A stretch of DNA of 56,651 nucleotides. It comes from a virus. Its lineage: Duplodnaviria; Caudoviricetes. Positions 29,519 to 39,375 of this stretch are shown one piece after another. Position 1 is the stretch's first letter; each line of letters opens with the position of its first letter. Where the stretch lies: positions 1-56,651 of the IMG/VR virus record IMGVR_UViG_3300021519_000012; one strand, written 5' to 3'. The notes beneath the pieces are model-generated. The model did no database searches and was not told the DNA's origin. It was given only the letters and a program-made list of their open reading frames with translations. The translations under genes and the position numbers were made by a program.

Positions 29519-30424
29519 ATGAAAAAACTATTATCTATACTTCTCATGACATGTTCACTTTCAGCATTTGCTGGGCAAGTGGTTCCTATTGTTTGGCCAT
29601 TCTCTCCAGGTGCCAATCAAGTAAATTTTATTAGAGCGATTGCTGATGAAGCAAATAAACAACAAACGAAATATACCTTTGTGTTTGATAATAAAACCGG
29701 CGCAGGTGGTGCGGTAGCAGCACAGCATGTGCTAGCTCAACAAAATCTAACTATTTTAAGCAGCTCTGGAAGTTTTTATATCCGCCCACAGTTTTACCCT
29801 AAAGAAAGTCATAAGTTAGAAGATTTTAAACCTGTGCTTATTGAATGTATTGGACAACCATATGCGGTTACTAGTGTAAAATTCAAAACACTTGACGAAC
29901 TGCGTGGACAAGAACGAGTTACTATCGGAGCAAATCTGGGTAGTCTAACCGAAGCTATTGCTAGAGAACTGCAACTAGTATTGCCTGGCGTTAAAGTAGA
30001 TGTTGTACCATTTTCTACAGGAACGCAACAACCTAAAATGCAAATGCTTGCTGGGGTAATTGATCTTAATGTGGATCTACCAGATGGTGCAAGACAGTGG
30101 ATTGAAGAAGGCAAGATGTTTGTGATTGGATCTAGCGGAACTATTGATTATCCTAACTGGCGCACATTTAGTAGTCAGGGTGTTAAAGGATTTGGGGGAT
30201 TAGTCAGCAACTACGGCATGTATGTTAAAGGGACGACTGATCCTAAAACAGTAGAAGAATTGCATACAATATTGCGCAAAGCCGCTAAAGCCAGCCCAAT
30301 GTTACAAGAATACTATGCTAGAGATTACTGCACTGGTGTAGATTATGATCTTAAGAAAACCAACGAAGTATATGCCAAGTGGTTGAAGTATTGGCCTGAA
30401 AAACTCAAGCCTTTAGAAAACTAA
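29519..30424 (+). CDS. Bug/TctC-family tripartite tricarboxylate transporter solute-binding protein
   Basis: Signal peptide MKKLLSILLMTCSLSAFA; IVWPFSPG, DNKTGAGGAVAA, DFKPV, VVPF-x-x-G and G-x-IDL motifs; start reassigned to 29519 (TAAGTA 8 nt upstream). Confidence 0.85.
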   Translation: MKKLLSILLMTCSLSAFAGQVVPIVWPFSPGANQVNFIRAIADEANKQQTKYTFVFDNKTGAGGAVAAQHVLAQQNLTILSSSGSFYIRPQFYPKESHKLEDFKPVLIECIGQPYAVTSVKFKTLDELRGQERVTIGANLGSLTEAIARELQLVLPGVKVDVVPFSTGTQQPKMQMLAGVIDLNVDLPDGARQWIEEGKMFVIGSSGTIDYPNWRTFSSQGVKGFGGLVSNYGMYVKGTTDPKTVEELHTILRKAAKASPMLQEYYARDYCTGVDYDLKKTNEVYAKWLKYWPEKLKPLEN

Positions 30425-30756
30425 AAATCAGGGGTTAAGTCGCCCTGTTTCCATGCTAGTTTAAGGATGTGTAAAATCCGCTGACAATTAGCACATACTG
30501 TTTTTAAATTAGTCATACTACAATTCGTTGGATTTCCGTCAATATAATAGACATTGAATTGTTCCTTATATTGACTGGTGTGCCCGCAACGATCACATTT
30601 AAGCTTCATCTTGTATCCGGCTTTTTGCCAACGAGGCTTTCCGTCATTCCTGTTACGAGCACAATGATCACACTGACTACGATAAAAAGTTTTATCATCT
30701 CGTCGATAGTTAATAGCTACCGGCCTACTTCCACAAGTTTTGCATAAACTTCTCAT
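30421..30756 (-). CDS. Zinc-binding protein with degenerate HNH fold
   Basis: Four CxxC pairs; VYYIDGN-x-x-N-x-x-x-x-NL-x-x-VC-x-NC matches the HNH pattern with Tyr at the His positions. Confidence 0.7.
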   Translation of the reverse strand: MRSLCKTCGSRPVAINYRRDDKTFYRSQCDHCARNRNDGKPRWQKAGYKMKLKCDRCGHTSQYKEQFNVYYIDGNPTNCSMTNLKTVCANCQRILHILKLAWKQGDLTPDF

Positions 30757-30786
30757 ACCAAGCCCTTTTAGTGCCCTTTCATATGG

Positions 30787-30823
30787 TATTTAACCCACTA
30801 AAATATTCGGTAATCACTAAATA
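30787..30823. promoter_or_regulatory. Divergent late promoter boxes for the Zn/HNH gene and tail sheath
   Basis: TATTTA 30787-30792 (minus-strand TAAATA); TAAATA 30818-30823 (plus); GGGAGA SD before 30858. Confidence 0.55.
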
Positions 30824-30857
30824 GTTATTGATAAAACCATATTGGGAGATGTATTAA

Positions 30858-33800
30858 ATGGCAACCACACTTCAATCACCAGGCGTTTCAGTTTCAATTA
30901 TTAATGAGAGCTTCTATACACCAGCTGCTCCAGGAACTGTACCACTAATTTTTGTTACTTCAGCGGACAATAAAACTAATCCTTCAGGGGTTACTGCTGT
31001 AGGTACAGACCCAGCTAACGCAGGTAAAGTATACCTCGTTACAAGTCAAAGAGATCTTACAGATACTTTTGGCACTCCACTATTCTACACAGATGCTAGT
31101 GGCAATCCAATTCACGGTGGGGAGCTAAACGAATACGGTTTACAAGCCGCCTACTCACTACTAGGTGTTAGTTCAGCTGCTTACTTGGTAAGAGCTCCTA
31201 TCGATCTAGCTAGCCTAACAGCCGCTTCAAGTGCTCCAGCAGGAACTCCATCTAATGGATCATACTGGTTAGACACTGCAGATACTACATACGGTATTTT
31301 TGAGTGGAGCCAATCATTAGGCACATTTACAAACAAAACACCATTGGTTATTACTGATGCAACTGCATCATTAAACACAACTGACGGATTAACACCAAAA
31401 GCAAGCGTTGGCCTAGTTGGTCAATATTGTGTAGTTTCTACTACAGACAATGAAAACGCAGTTTGGTATAAAAACAGCGATGCTAACTGGGTAGCAGTTG
31501 GTACAACAGTTGAAGCAAACTTTACAAATAACAGTTTTAATAACACATTTGTAAGCACAACATGGGGAACAAGTTTCCCAACTGTTACTGGCTCAACAGC
31601 ACCAGCATCAATTACCGCTGGCGGAACTATTACTGTTAACGGTCACGATGTAGTTGTTACTACTGGGGTTGTTGGCGATATTGCAGAGTCAATTAACTCA
31701 GCATTGCATGTATACGGTATCGGTGCAAAAGTTGTTAAGGGTGCATTGGCTATCTATGCTGACTCACATTCTTCTAGTAGCACTAGCGTTACTATTACAA
31801 GTTCTGCTACAACACTAATGACACAAGTTGGTCTTACAAACGGAACATATTCTGCTCCAACAGTATTTGTTGGTCCGCATACACAATATCCTAACTTTGG
31901 TGCAGAGCCAACAGGTAGCGTCTACATGAAGACTACAAGTCCTAATAGTGGTGCTAACTGGGTAGTTAAACAGTGGTCTGATAGCTCTAATGCATTCAAT
32001 ACTGTTAAAGCTCCAGTGTATTCAGATGCATCAGCGGCAACATATAGCCTAGACAAAACAGGCGGCGGCGCAAATATTCCAGTAGGCACATTGTTTATTG
32101 AAAGTAACTTTAATCATGGTAATGAAACTTCAGGTCCTGTATTAGCTAACTTTAAATTACATCGTCGTGTTGCAGTATCTCCTACAACTATTACGAGTAT
32201 TGCTCATGCTGATACTGTGGCGATTGCTTCTACTTTAACTATGACAATTTCTACTACTGCTCCAGGCAGCACAGGGTATGGAGCCGGCGTAACTATTTCA
32301 GTAGTTGGCGATCTAAGTAACCTAGTGCAAGAAATTAATAATTCAGGCATTGACAATTTAAGTGCTTCAACTAATGCAGATGGTTCTATCAGTATTGTTC
32401 ACGCAACTGGTGGAGATATCAAGTTTGTCGATGCTGACAATTTGTTATCTACAGCAGGATTTACTGCAGGAACTACATCTAACTTCTACGAGTTAGGTAT
32501 GTTTGAACCAGACGGTGCAAACTTTAGAGCAAGTAACTGGGCTCCATTGACATTCACAGCATCAGCTGTTGCTCCAAGCACAACTCCTGCAAATGGCCAA
32601 CTATGGTATAGTTCAATTGTTGACCAAGTTGACATTATGGTTCATGACGGAAATAACTGGGTTGGTTATGCTAACGCATTCCCTGGCTCAGATCCAACAG
32701 GTCCTATCGTTGCAGCTTCTAAGCCAACAACACAAAGCGATGGCGTAACACCACTAGTAACTGGCGACATTTGGGTTAGCACTGCTAACATCGAACGTTA
32801 CGGTCAAGATATCTATGTTTACAATGGCAATTTGCTATTGTGGGAACTACAAGATACTACAGATCAAACAAGTCCTACAGGCTGGTTGTTCCACGATGCA
32901 CGTTGGGCAACAAGCGGTCAAGCAACAGATGCAGCTACAATCGTAGAACTTCGTTCAAGCGATTACGTTGATCCTGATGCTCCTGATCCAGCAGAATATC
33001 CACGTGGTATGCGTCTATGGAACCTACGTCGTTCAGGTTTCAACGTTAAGAAATATGTAACAGACTATATCAACATCAATGCTAACAACGGTATTAACAT
33101 CCGTGTTACCGGCGATCAAATGGCTGACTACAATCCAGATCGTTGGGTTTCAGTAAGTCCTAATAACGCAAACGGTTCAGGCACATTTGGTCGTCATGCA
33201 CAGCGTAGCTTTACTGTTGCAGGTCTAAAATCAACAATTGATGCTAACCAAGCAATCCGCGATACAGATACATTGACATTTAACTTGATTGCAACTCCTG
33301 GTTATCCAGAAGCAATCCAGAACATGATCAGCTTAAACGTTGACCGTGGTTTAACAGCATTTGTAATCGGTGACACAAGCATGCGTCTACAGCCAACAGG
33401 CACAGCATTGCAAGCATACGGCCTAAACAGCAACGGTGCATTTGACAATGGTGATGACGGTCTTGTTTCATACAATGAATACATGGCTGCATTCTATCCA
33501 AGCGGTTACACAAACGATTTGGCAGGCAACTATATTGTTGTTCCACCAAGCCACATGATGTTACGCACTATTGCTGTAAGTGACCAGAAGAGTTATCCAT
33601 GGTTTGCTCCAGCAGGTATCCGTCGTGGTGTTGTTGACAATGCTACATCAGTTGGTTATATTGCTGACGGTGAGTTTAAATCAACTGCATTGCCAGTAGG
33701 TCTACGTGATGTAATGGCTAGTGTTAAGATTAATCCTATTGCAACTATTACAGGTGCTGGTATTATTAACTTTGGTCAATATACTCGTGCTAACGCAGCT

Positions 33801-34142
33801 TCAGCATTAGATCGTATTAACGTAGCTCGTTTAGTATGTCACTTACGTCGTCAATTAGATATCCTTGCTCGTCCATTCTTGTTTGAACCAAATGACAAGA
33901 TTACACGCAACGAAATCAAAAATGCCGTTCAAAAGTTGTTGCTTGAACTAGTCGGTCAACGTGCTTTGTATGACTTCATTGTAGTTTGTGATGAATCAAA
34001 TAATACACCAGCCCGTGTTGATCGTTCAGAACTATGGGTAGACGTTGCTATTGAGCCAGTTAAGGCCGTAGAATTCATCTACATCCCAGTGCGTTTAGTA
34101 AACACTGGCGCTATTAAAGCTGGAACATATACCCTAGCATAA
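30858..34142 (+). CDS. gp18: Contractile tail sheath protein with large insertion
   Basis: LQSPGVSV start; C-terminal PPS, WFAPAG-x-x-RG, INPI, DRINVARL, FEPND-x-x-TR, VVCDESNNTP and PVKAVEFIYI motifs. Confidence 0.95.
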   Translation: MATTLQSPGVSVSIINESFYTPAAPGTVPLIFVTSADNKTNPSGVTAVGTDPANAGKVYLVTSQRDLTDTFGTPLFYTDASGNPIHGGELNEYGLQAAYSLLGVSSAAYLVRAPIDLASLTAASSAPAGTPSNGSYWLDTADTTYGIFEWSQSLGTFTNKTPLVITDATASLNTTDGLTPKASVGLVGQYCVVSTTDNENAVWYKNSDANWVAVGTTVEANFTNNSFNNTFVSTTWGTSFPTVTGSTAPASITAGGTITVNGHDVVVTTGVVGDIAESINSALHVYGIGAKVVKGALAIYADSHSSSSTSVTITSSATTLMTQVGLTNGTYSAPTVFVGPHTQYPNFGAEPTGSVYMKTTSPNSGANWVVKQWSDSSNAFNTVKAPVYSDASAATYSLDKTGGGANIPVGTLFIESNFNHGNETSGPVLANFKLHRRVAVSPTTITSIAHADTVAIASTLTMTISTTAPGSTGYGAGVTISVVGDLSNLVQEINNSGIDNLSASTNADGSISIVHATGGDIKFVDADNLLSTAGFTAGTTSNFYELGMFEPDGANFRASNWAPLTFTASAVAPSTTPANGQLWYSSIVDQVDIMVHDGNNWVGYANAFPGSDPTGPIVAASKPTTQSDGVTPLVTGDIWVSTANIERYGQDIYVYNGNLLLWELQDTTDQTSPTGWLFHDARWATSGQATDAATIVELRSSDYVDPDAPDPAEYPRGMRLWNLRRSGFNVKKYVTDYININANNGINIRVTGDQMADYNPDRWVSVSPNNANGSGTFGRHAQRSFTVAGLKSTIDANQAIRDTDTLTFNLIATPGYPEAIQNMISLNVDRGLTAFVIGDTSMRLQPTGTALQAYGLNSNGAFDNGDDGLVSYNEYMAAFYPSGYTNDLAGNYIVVPPSHMMLRTIAVSDQKSYPWFAPAGIRRGVVDNATSVGYIADGEFKSTALPVGLRDVMASVKINPIATITGAGIINFGQYTRANAASALDRINVARLVCHLRRQLDILARPFLFEPNDKITRNEIKNAVQKLLLELVGQRALYDFIVVCDESNNTPARVDRSELWVDVAIEPVKAVEFIYIPVRLVNTGAIKAGTYTLA

Positions 34143-34174
34143 TTGGGTAAATATAGAGAACAAGGAGCAGTAAC

Positions 34175-34801
34175 ATGACAGTCGCAAGTTTAAGTAAATT
34201 AACAGTACCATTACCAGCAGGCCAGAGTTCTAGTAACCAAGGCTTGTTAATGCCAAAACTACAGTATCGCTTTAGAGTGACGTTGCAGAACTTTGGTGTA
34301 ACAAGTCCTACTACTGAAATCACCAAACAGGTTATGACTGTAACACGCCCAGAAGTAAGTTTTGATAACATTACACTAGATGTTTACAACAGCCGTATCA
34401 AGTACGCTGGTAAGCATACTTGGTCAGATGTTACCCTAGTTGTTCGTGATGACGTATCAGGTGCAGTAAGCAAGTTGGTTGGCGAACAAGTTCAGAAACA
34501 ATTCGACTTCTTCGAGCAAGCATCAGCTGCTTCTGGTATCGACTACAAGTTCACTACAGTTGTTGAAATTCTAGACGGCGGCAACGGCGCCTACGAACCA
34601 ACTGTATTAGAAAGCTTCGAACTAGAAGGTTGCTACTTACAGAAAGTAAAATATAAAGATGGCGATTATAAAACAAGTGATCCAATGGACATTTCCTTAA
34701 CAATCACCTACGATAATGCGATCCAAACTAATGCCGCTGGTAACCCAATCGGAATTGGTACAAACGTTGGCCGCACAGTTCGCACATTAGCTACTGGCTA
34801 A
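34175..34801 (+). CDS. gp19: Tail tube protein
   Basis: Follows the sheath gene; PKLQYRFRV, IKYAGKHTWSDVTLVVRDD, ITYD; TAAATA at 34148 and AAGGAG SD. Confidence 0.88.
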   Translation: MTVASLSKLTVPLPAGQSSSNQGLLMPKLQYRFRVTLQNFGVTSPTTEITKQVMTVTRPEVSFDNITLDVYNSRIKYAGKHTWSDVTLVVRDDVSGAVSKLVGEQVQKQFDFFEQASAASGIDYKFTTVVEILDGGNGAYEPTVLESFELEGCYLQKVKYKDGDYKTSDPMDISLTITYDNAIQTNAAGNPIGIGTNVGRTVRTLATG

Positions 34802-34843
34802 TATTACCCCCACCATTCAAGGACATAGTCCGACGATTGATGT

Positions 34844-34872
34844 AAGACCCAGTTTATCCTGGGTCTTTTTTT
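34844..34872 (+). terminator. Rho-independent terminator
   Basis: AAGACCCAG-TTTATC-CTGGGTCTT followed by a T run. Confidence 0.85.
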
Positions 34873-34888
34873 ATGAATAAATAATGTT

Positions 34889-36634
34889 ATGCCATCATTA
34901 GGATCCTACCTTCAACCCATCATAGGCGACATTGGAAATATGAAGGACTACGCACACGCTAGTCGTTTATATGCTGACAATGTATTTGCCCTAGCCCCTA
35001 AAGCAGGGTGGATGTACTATGTTGTATTTGACATCGATCCTAGCTGTATTACAGATCAGTCATGGGCAAATAAACAAAAAGTGACCGAAGTAGGTATGCT
35101 GGTTAAGTCCGCAGATCTTCCAAAGTTCACTGTTCAAACAGAAGTAGTAAATCAATATAATAGAAAAACAGTTATACAAAAAGGTATGACTTATAATCCT
35201 ATTAACATTACTATGCATGACGATCAGTCAAACGTAGTTCATAACATGTGGCTAAACTATTATAGATACTACTTTGCTGACTCAACTTGGGGAGCCACTG
35301 GTCCTCTTGGAACTGATGCCTTCAGCACTCCTGGCGCATATCAAAATAACAAATACATGCCACCTAATGCACTATTCGATCCGGTCAATTACGGTTTAAA
35401 TTCACCATTAGTTGTTGCTCCATTTTTTAGAAGTATCACGGTCTATCAACTTAATAGACGAGTGTTTACAAGTTTTAAATTAGTTAATCCATTAGTAGCA
35501 TCATGGGATCATGATAAAGTAGATCAAACCCAAGGTGCCCGACTTGCAGAAAGTAGAATGGCATTAAATTACGAAGCAGTCTTTTATGGCACTGGCCAAA
35601 TTAGAAAAGACACACCGACTGGATTTGCTGTATTCCATTACGATACAAGTCCAAGTCCGTTGAGCATTGCTGGTGGCGGTAATAATAGCATATTTGGCCC
35701 AGGCGGAGTTATTCCCGGTGCTCTTGATATATTTGGAAATATAGAAAATCTAGATGTTTCAAAAAATCCATTAAGTGCTCTTGGTGTTGCTCTTGAAGGA
35801 GTCAATCTAGTTCGCAATGTTAAGAGTATAACAGCGTCAAGTTTACGAGCAGAAGGATATTCAATATTAAATACCGCACTGCAAAAAGCAGGGCAAGGCG
35901 GCCTGAATGGTTTAGGAGTTAATCTAAATCTAAATCAAGGAACGAACTATGCCACTGCTGGACAATTTTTAGGAACTCCAGTGGCAGTAATTCAAGCTAC
36001 AGGAGTAGGAAAAGACGGTGGCGGAACAACTTCTCAAACAGGCACTTCGTCTAATGGAAAAGCGCCATCTACAGCAAATGCAGCGGCACTTGGCGTTGCA
36101 GCAGCGTCCATGTTTGCTAGCCAGAAAAATATTATCGATGCAACTAAACCAAGCGGTTCTTCCTCTGATACAACTCCAAGTGGGGACACTAGTTCACCCG
36201 GACAATACTTTCCACCGCCTCAGCCATTATCCGATACTGAGCCATTTAGCACAGGCGTTGATGAAAATAGTTCTCCTGATGAAATACAATCAAGTTTGAA
36301 TTCTTTAAACTCTGCATGGGCAAGTGATAATTCTTATGTAAATTCACAAGCACCTGATCCTTCAGCAATATCAAGCAGATTAGCATCTGCTTCATCCGAT
36401 CAAGAAAGAAGTGCTATACAAGCAGAAGCAGACACTTCATACAACTCAATACAATCTATTCAATCAACAGTTGACGGCAAATATCAATCAGAATATAGTC
36501 GTCTATCATCATTATTGAATACTGCACAAACTAAGACATCCGGTAGTGAAAGCACACAATCTACACCAGATGAGTCACCAACAACACCAAGCCCAGAGAG
36601 CGATGTTATTCCACCAGAGAATGAAGACATTTAA
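34889..36634 (+). CDS. Tube-like baseplate / tail-tube initiator (gp48/gp54-like) with low-complexity C-terminus
   Basis: ADLPKF...NQYNRK...TYNPINITMHDD tube-fold motif; Ser/Pro/acidic tail; TAAATA 5 nt before the ATG. Confidence 0.6.
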   Translation: MPSLGSYLQPIIGDIGNMKDYAHASRLYADNVFALAPKAGWMYYVVFDIDPSCITDQSWANKQKVTEVGMLVKSADLPKFTVQTEVVNQYNRKTVIQKGMTYNPINITMHDDQSNVVHNMWLNYYRYYFADSTWGATGPLGTDAFSTPGAYQNNKYMPPNALFDPVNYGLNSPLVVAPFFRSITVYQLNRRVFTSFKLVNPLVASWDHDKVDQTQGARLAESRMALNYEAVFYGTGQIRKDTPTGFAVFHYDTSPSPLSIAGGGNNSIFGPGGVIPGALDIFGNIENLDVSKNPLSALGVALEGVNLVRNVKSITASSLRAEGYSILNTALQKAGQGGLNGLGVNLNLNQGTNYATAGQFLGTPVAVIQATGVGKDGGGTTSQTGTSSNGKAPSTANAAALGVAAASMFASQKNIIDATKPSGSSSDTTPSGDTSSPGQYFPPPQPLSDTEPFSTGVDENSSPDEIQSSLNSLNSAWASDNSYVNSQAPDPSAISSRLASASSDQERSAIQAEADTSYNSIQSIQSTVDGKYQSEYSRLSSLLNTAQTKTSGSESTQSTPDESPTTPSPESDVIPPENEDI

Positions 36635-36639
36635 TTACT

Positions 36640-37017
36640 ATGACCTTTTACAATAACTTACCACAGCCGACTAAATCTTCTGATAGTAGTATCAAGACTT
36701 TAAAAGTTTTTGATGCATACACCACTGCCCCATTAAACATTGACGGCGCAACATTTGATGCAATGACTGGGTTTTTTGGCAGTAGAGGGTTTGGTGATGA
36801 TGCCGCTAAGAGCATGGCATACATTATTATTAAACAAGCTATCCTAGATAAGTTTAATCCATTTGAATTAATCGAAACATTAAAAGGATTAACCGACATT
36901 GAGATCAGCAGCCTTATCACAGAAATTTTAAATTACAATAGATTTAAAACCAGCAGCCTAGGTACAGCAAGTCCATTCACTCCTGCGGCTGAGGTTGCCA
37001 GGAACATAATTGCATGA
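36640..37017 (+). CDS. Hypothetical protein in the virion module
   Basis: 125-aa ORF with ATGA overlap to the next gene. Confidence 0.6.
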   Translation: MTFYNNLPQPTKSSDSSIKTLKVFDAYTTAPLNIDGATFDAMTGFFGSRGFGDDAAKSMAYIIIKQAILDKFNPFELIETLKGLTDIEISSLITEILNYNRFKTSSLGTASPFTPAAEVARNIIA

Positions 37018-37451
37018 AATTTGCCCAAGGTGCATTCAAATTAAAGAATCCTGAAAAGTATGTTGGTAACGGTACTCCACGATATCGCAGTTCGTGGGAG
37101 TTTGCCGTAATGAAAATGTGTGATGAAAATCCCGGCATACAACAGTGGGCTAGCGAAAGTATAAAAATTCCATATCGTGATCCGTTAACTGGCAAGCATA
37201 CTGTTTATGTTCCAGATTTCCTTGTTATGTATACTGATAAGAATCAAACAAAGCATGCAGAATTATGGGAAATAAAACCACGTAGTCAAGCAGTATTAGA
37301 AGCAGTTGGAAAGAACAAACACAACCAAGCACACTATGTTAAAAACATGGCAAAATGGGAAGTTGCAAGAGCGTGGAGTAAGCGACACGGAATGACTTTT
37401 AGGGTTTTAACTGAACAAGATATTTTCCATATGGGCAGCAAGAAGCGTTAA
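37014..37451 (+). CDS. gp4: Head completion nuclease (T4 gp4 / TnsA-like)
   Basis: NPEKYVG, YRSSWE, WASE-x-x-x-IPY, YVPDF, EIKP and N-x-AKW motifs. Confidence 0.9.
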   Translation: MKFAQGAFKLKNPEKYVGNGTPRYRSSWEFAVMKMCDENPGIQQWASESIKIPYRDPLTGKHTVYVPDFLVMYTDKNQTKHAELWEIKPRSQAVLEAVGKNKHNQAHYVKNMAKWEVARAWSKRHGMTFRVLTEQDIFHMGSKKR

Positions 37452-37459
37452 ATAATATT

Positions 37460-37942
37460 ATGACAAAAAAGTTAGAAGAACTACTAAATTTACCAGAACA
37501 ACAGGAACCAGAATTAATTGCTCCTGCCAAGAAAGAAACGCCACCTGCTGTAGTTGATTTACAAGAGCAGTTAGAGCAGTTTGATAAAATTAGTTCAGCC
37601 TTGCCTAAAGTTAAAGGGTTAGGCGATATGAGCGACACAGAGCTCGACGGATTAGCAACTAAAGCAGAACAAGCATTTGATGACCTGATGGACCTCGGCA
37701 TGAACGTTGAAGCCAAATACGGTAGCCGTATGTTTGAAGTAGCGGGTAATATGCTTAAAACCGCCCTGGATGCTAAATCAGCTAAAATCGACAAGAAATT
37801 AAAGATGGTAGATTTACAGCTTAAAAAGCTGGCTATAGATAAAAAATCTGCAGGTGAAAATGACGATGCAGTAGAGGGCAAAGGATACATCATTACTGAC
37901 CGTAATAGTCTCCTGGAAAAACTCAAAAATGTTAATAAATAA
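37460..37942 (+). CDS. Probable terminase small subunit
   Basis: Helical 160-aa protein with R-x-FEVA-x-x-ML and C-terminal DRN-x-LL; upstream of the large terminase. Confidence 0.5.
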   Translation: MTKKLEELLNLPEQQEPELIAPAKKETPPAVVDLQEQLEQFDKISSALPKVKGLGDMSDTELDGLATKAEQAFDDLMDLGMNVEAKYGSRMFEVAGNMLKTALDAKSAKIDKKLKMVDLQLKKLAIDKKSAGENDDAVEGKGYIITDRNSLLEKLKNVNK

Positions 37943-37960
37943 CGTATCAGGAAACCAATT

Positions 37961-38539
37961 ATGAAAAGTTTTAAAGACTACCTAACAGAAAGCAAAAGAA
38001 CCTATGATTTTAAGGTTAAAATTGCTGGCAATGTAACAGCCGAGCAAGAAGACTCACTAAAGTCATTATTGGCAAAATATCAGATTGTTGGTTTTAAAAA
38101 ATCAGCATCTACTCCAGTTCAAGCATTGCCACTAGATTTTCCTCGTCTAACTAACGAAGAAGTTAATATCTGGGAAGTTAGTTTAGACTATCCAGTTGCT
38201 AGTCATGAATTAGCAAACTATCTAGGTAGTGGTTTAAAAATTAATGAACAGTATATCATTGTTCGTAGACCAGGCGAGCCATCAGAAGAATACCAAATGC
38301 CAGCAGCAACATACGAAGGCGCACTACTTGGAGATTCAACATATAAAGAATCACCAAATGTAGACAGCAACGATTTTTATGGCGACAAATACAATCTAAG
38401 TCTTGTAAAGACATTGAACGCTGATCTTAAAGCACAACAAAAGGCACGAGGTGAAGTTAGACCTTCAGGCGAAGCAACACAAACAACAAGTGATTTACCA
38501 CAAAACAATACTAGCCCAGTGGCTAAGTCAACCAAATAA
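37961..38539 (+). CDS. Hypothetical head-associated protein
   Basis: MKSFKDYLTE N-terminus resembles the T4 capsid-targeting and prohead-protease (L-x-E) signal. Confidence 0.55.
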   Translation: MKSFKDYLTESKRTYDFKVKIAGNVTAEQEDSLKSLLAKYQIVGFKKSASTPVQALPLDFPRLTNEEVNIWEVSLDYPVASHELANYLGSGLKINEQYIIVRRPGEPSEEYQMPAATYEGALLGDSTYKESPNVDSNDFYGDKYNLSLVKTLNADLKAQQKARGEVRPSGEATQTTSDLPQNNTSPVAKSTK

Positions 38540-38551
38540 GGAATACATAAA

Positions 38552-39316
38552 ATGCAAATGATCGACGTACTTAAACGTTTAGCCGAGCTAGACTCAACAA
38601 ATCCAAACGTAGCAAAGCCAGCAATGACTCAAGAACAGAGTCTAGCCACAGTAACTAATATTGAAGGTGAGACAATCACTGAAAGTATTAATGAATGCGG
38701 CGGCCCAATGGGCATGATGGGCGGCATGCCTGCACCACGCACTCCTGCTAGCTTTAGCATTAATGCTTCTGCTGAATCAGGTGAAGAAGTTAGTTCAATG
38801 TTACGCGACATTATGAATCTAGCTGGCGTTAAACCTGTTGCTGATTTGCCAGCATTTGCAGAACCACATAAAGAAATTGAATTAGAACCAGCGCACTCTG
38901 CAGAGATGGAACCATCCGCAGGTGACGACATGGCTAAGGCAATCAGCATGATTGACAAGATGAATGGCCCTTCCGAAGAGCCAGGCGCAGAGTTAGGTGA
39001 TGAGCCAAGTGCAGAACTTGGTGGCGAACTTGCCGGTGGCGATTCTGATAGTCCAGTTGCTGATATGGCTGATCAAGTCCGTGATATGACAGCAGAACTA
39101 ACTGGCGAAGGACAAGCAGAAGAAGAACGCATGTATCCTAATAGCCCAGAAGAAGAAACTGAAAAACACGATTATGGCAACAAGCAAGTAGCTGGTTTAG
39201 GTCAAACACAATCTAACCCATTTACAGGTTTAGGCAATAACAACTTAAAAAATGAATCAGTTGAACAAGTTAGCCTACAACTACTTAAAGCATACGCAGA
39301 ATTTAAGAAGCAATAA
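38552..39316 (+). CDS. Acidic low-complexity protein, possibly head scaffold or internal protein
   Basis: Glu/Asp/Pro-rich with I-x-E and L-x-x-E sites and an IMNLAGV motif; AAGGA SD. Confidence 0.55.
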   Translation: MQMIDVLKRLAELDSTNPNVAKPAMTQEQSLATVTNIEGETITESINECGGPMGMMGGMPAPRTPASFSINASAESGEEVSSMLRDIMNLAGVKPVADLPAFAEPHKEIELEPAHSAEMEPSAGDDMAKAISMIDKMNGPSEEPGAELGDEPSAELGGELAGGDSDSPVADMADQVRDMTAELTGEGQAEEERMYPNSPEEETEKHDYGNKQVAGLGQTQSNPFTGLGNNNLKNESVEQVSLQLLKAYAEFKKQ

Positions 39317-39333
39317 GCAACTCTGCACAGTTC

Positions 39334-39359
39334 AAATAGGCACTACGGTGCCTATTTTT
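39334..39359 (+). terminator. Rho-independent terminator with C(UACG)G tetraloop
   Basis: AAATAGGCAC-TACG-GTGCCTATTT followed by TT. Confidence 0.85.
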
Positions 39360-39375
39360 ATCATTAAATACACAT

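Noticed and set aside
27810-30424. Host chromosomal contamination or a prophage boundary at the transporter-like genes
   Set aside because: The genes are embedded between phage core genes, carry phage late-type boxes, are similarly AT-rich and lack the permease partners of a bacterial operon.
34802-34843. Intergenic stretch after the tail tube gene as a tRNA or ncRNA
   Set aside because: Too short, no cloverleaf, and explained as a 3' UTR before the terminator.
37399-37926. 175-aa minus-strand ORF
   Set aside because: Antisense to the probable small terminase gene, Ser-rich shadow with no motifs.
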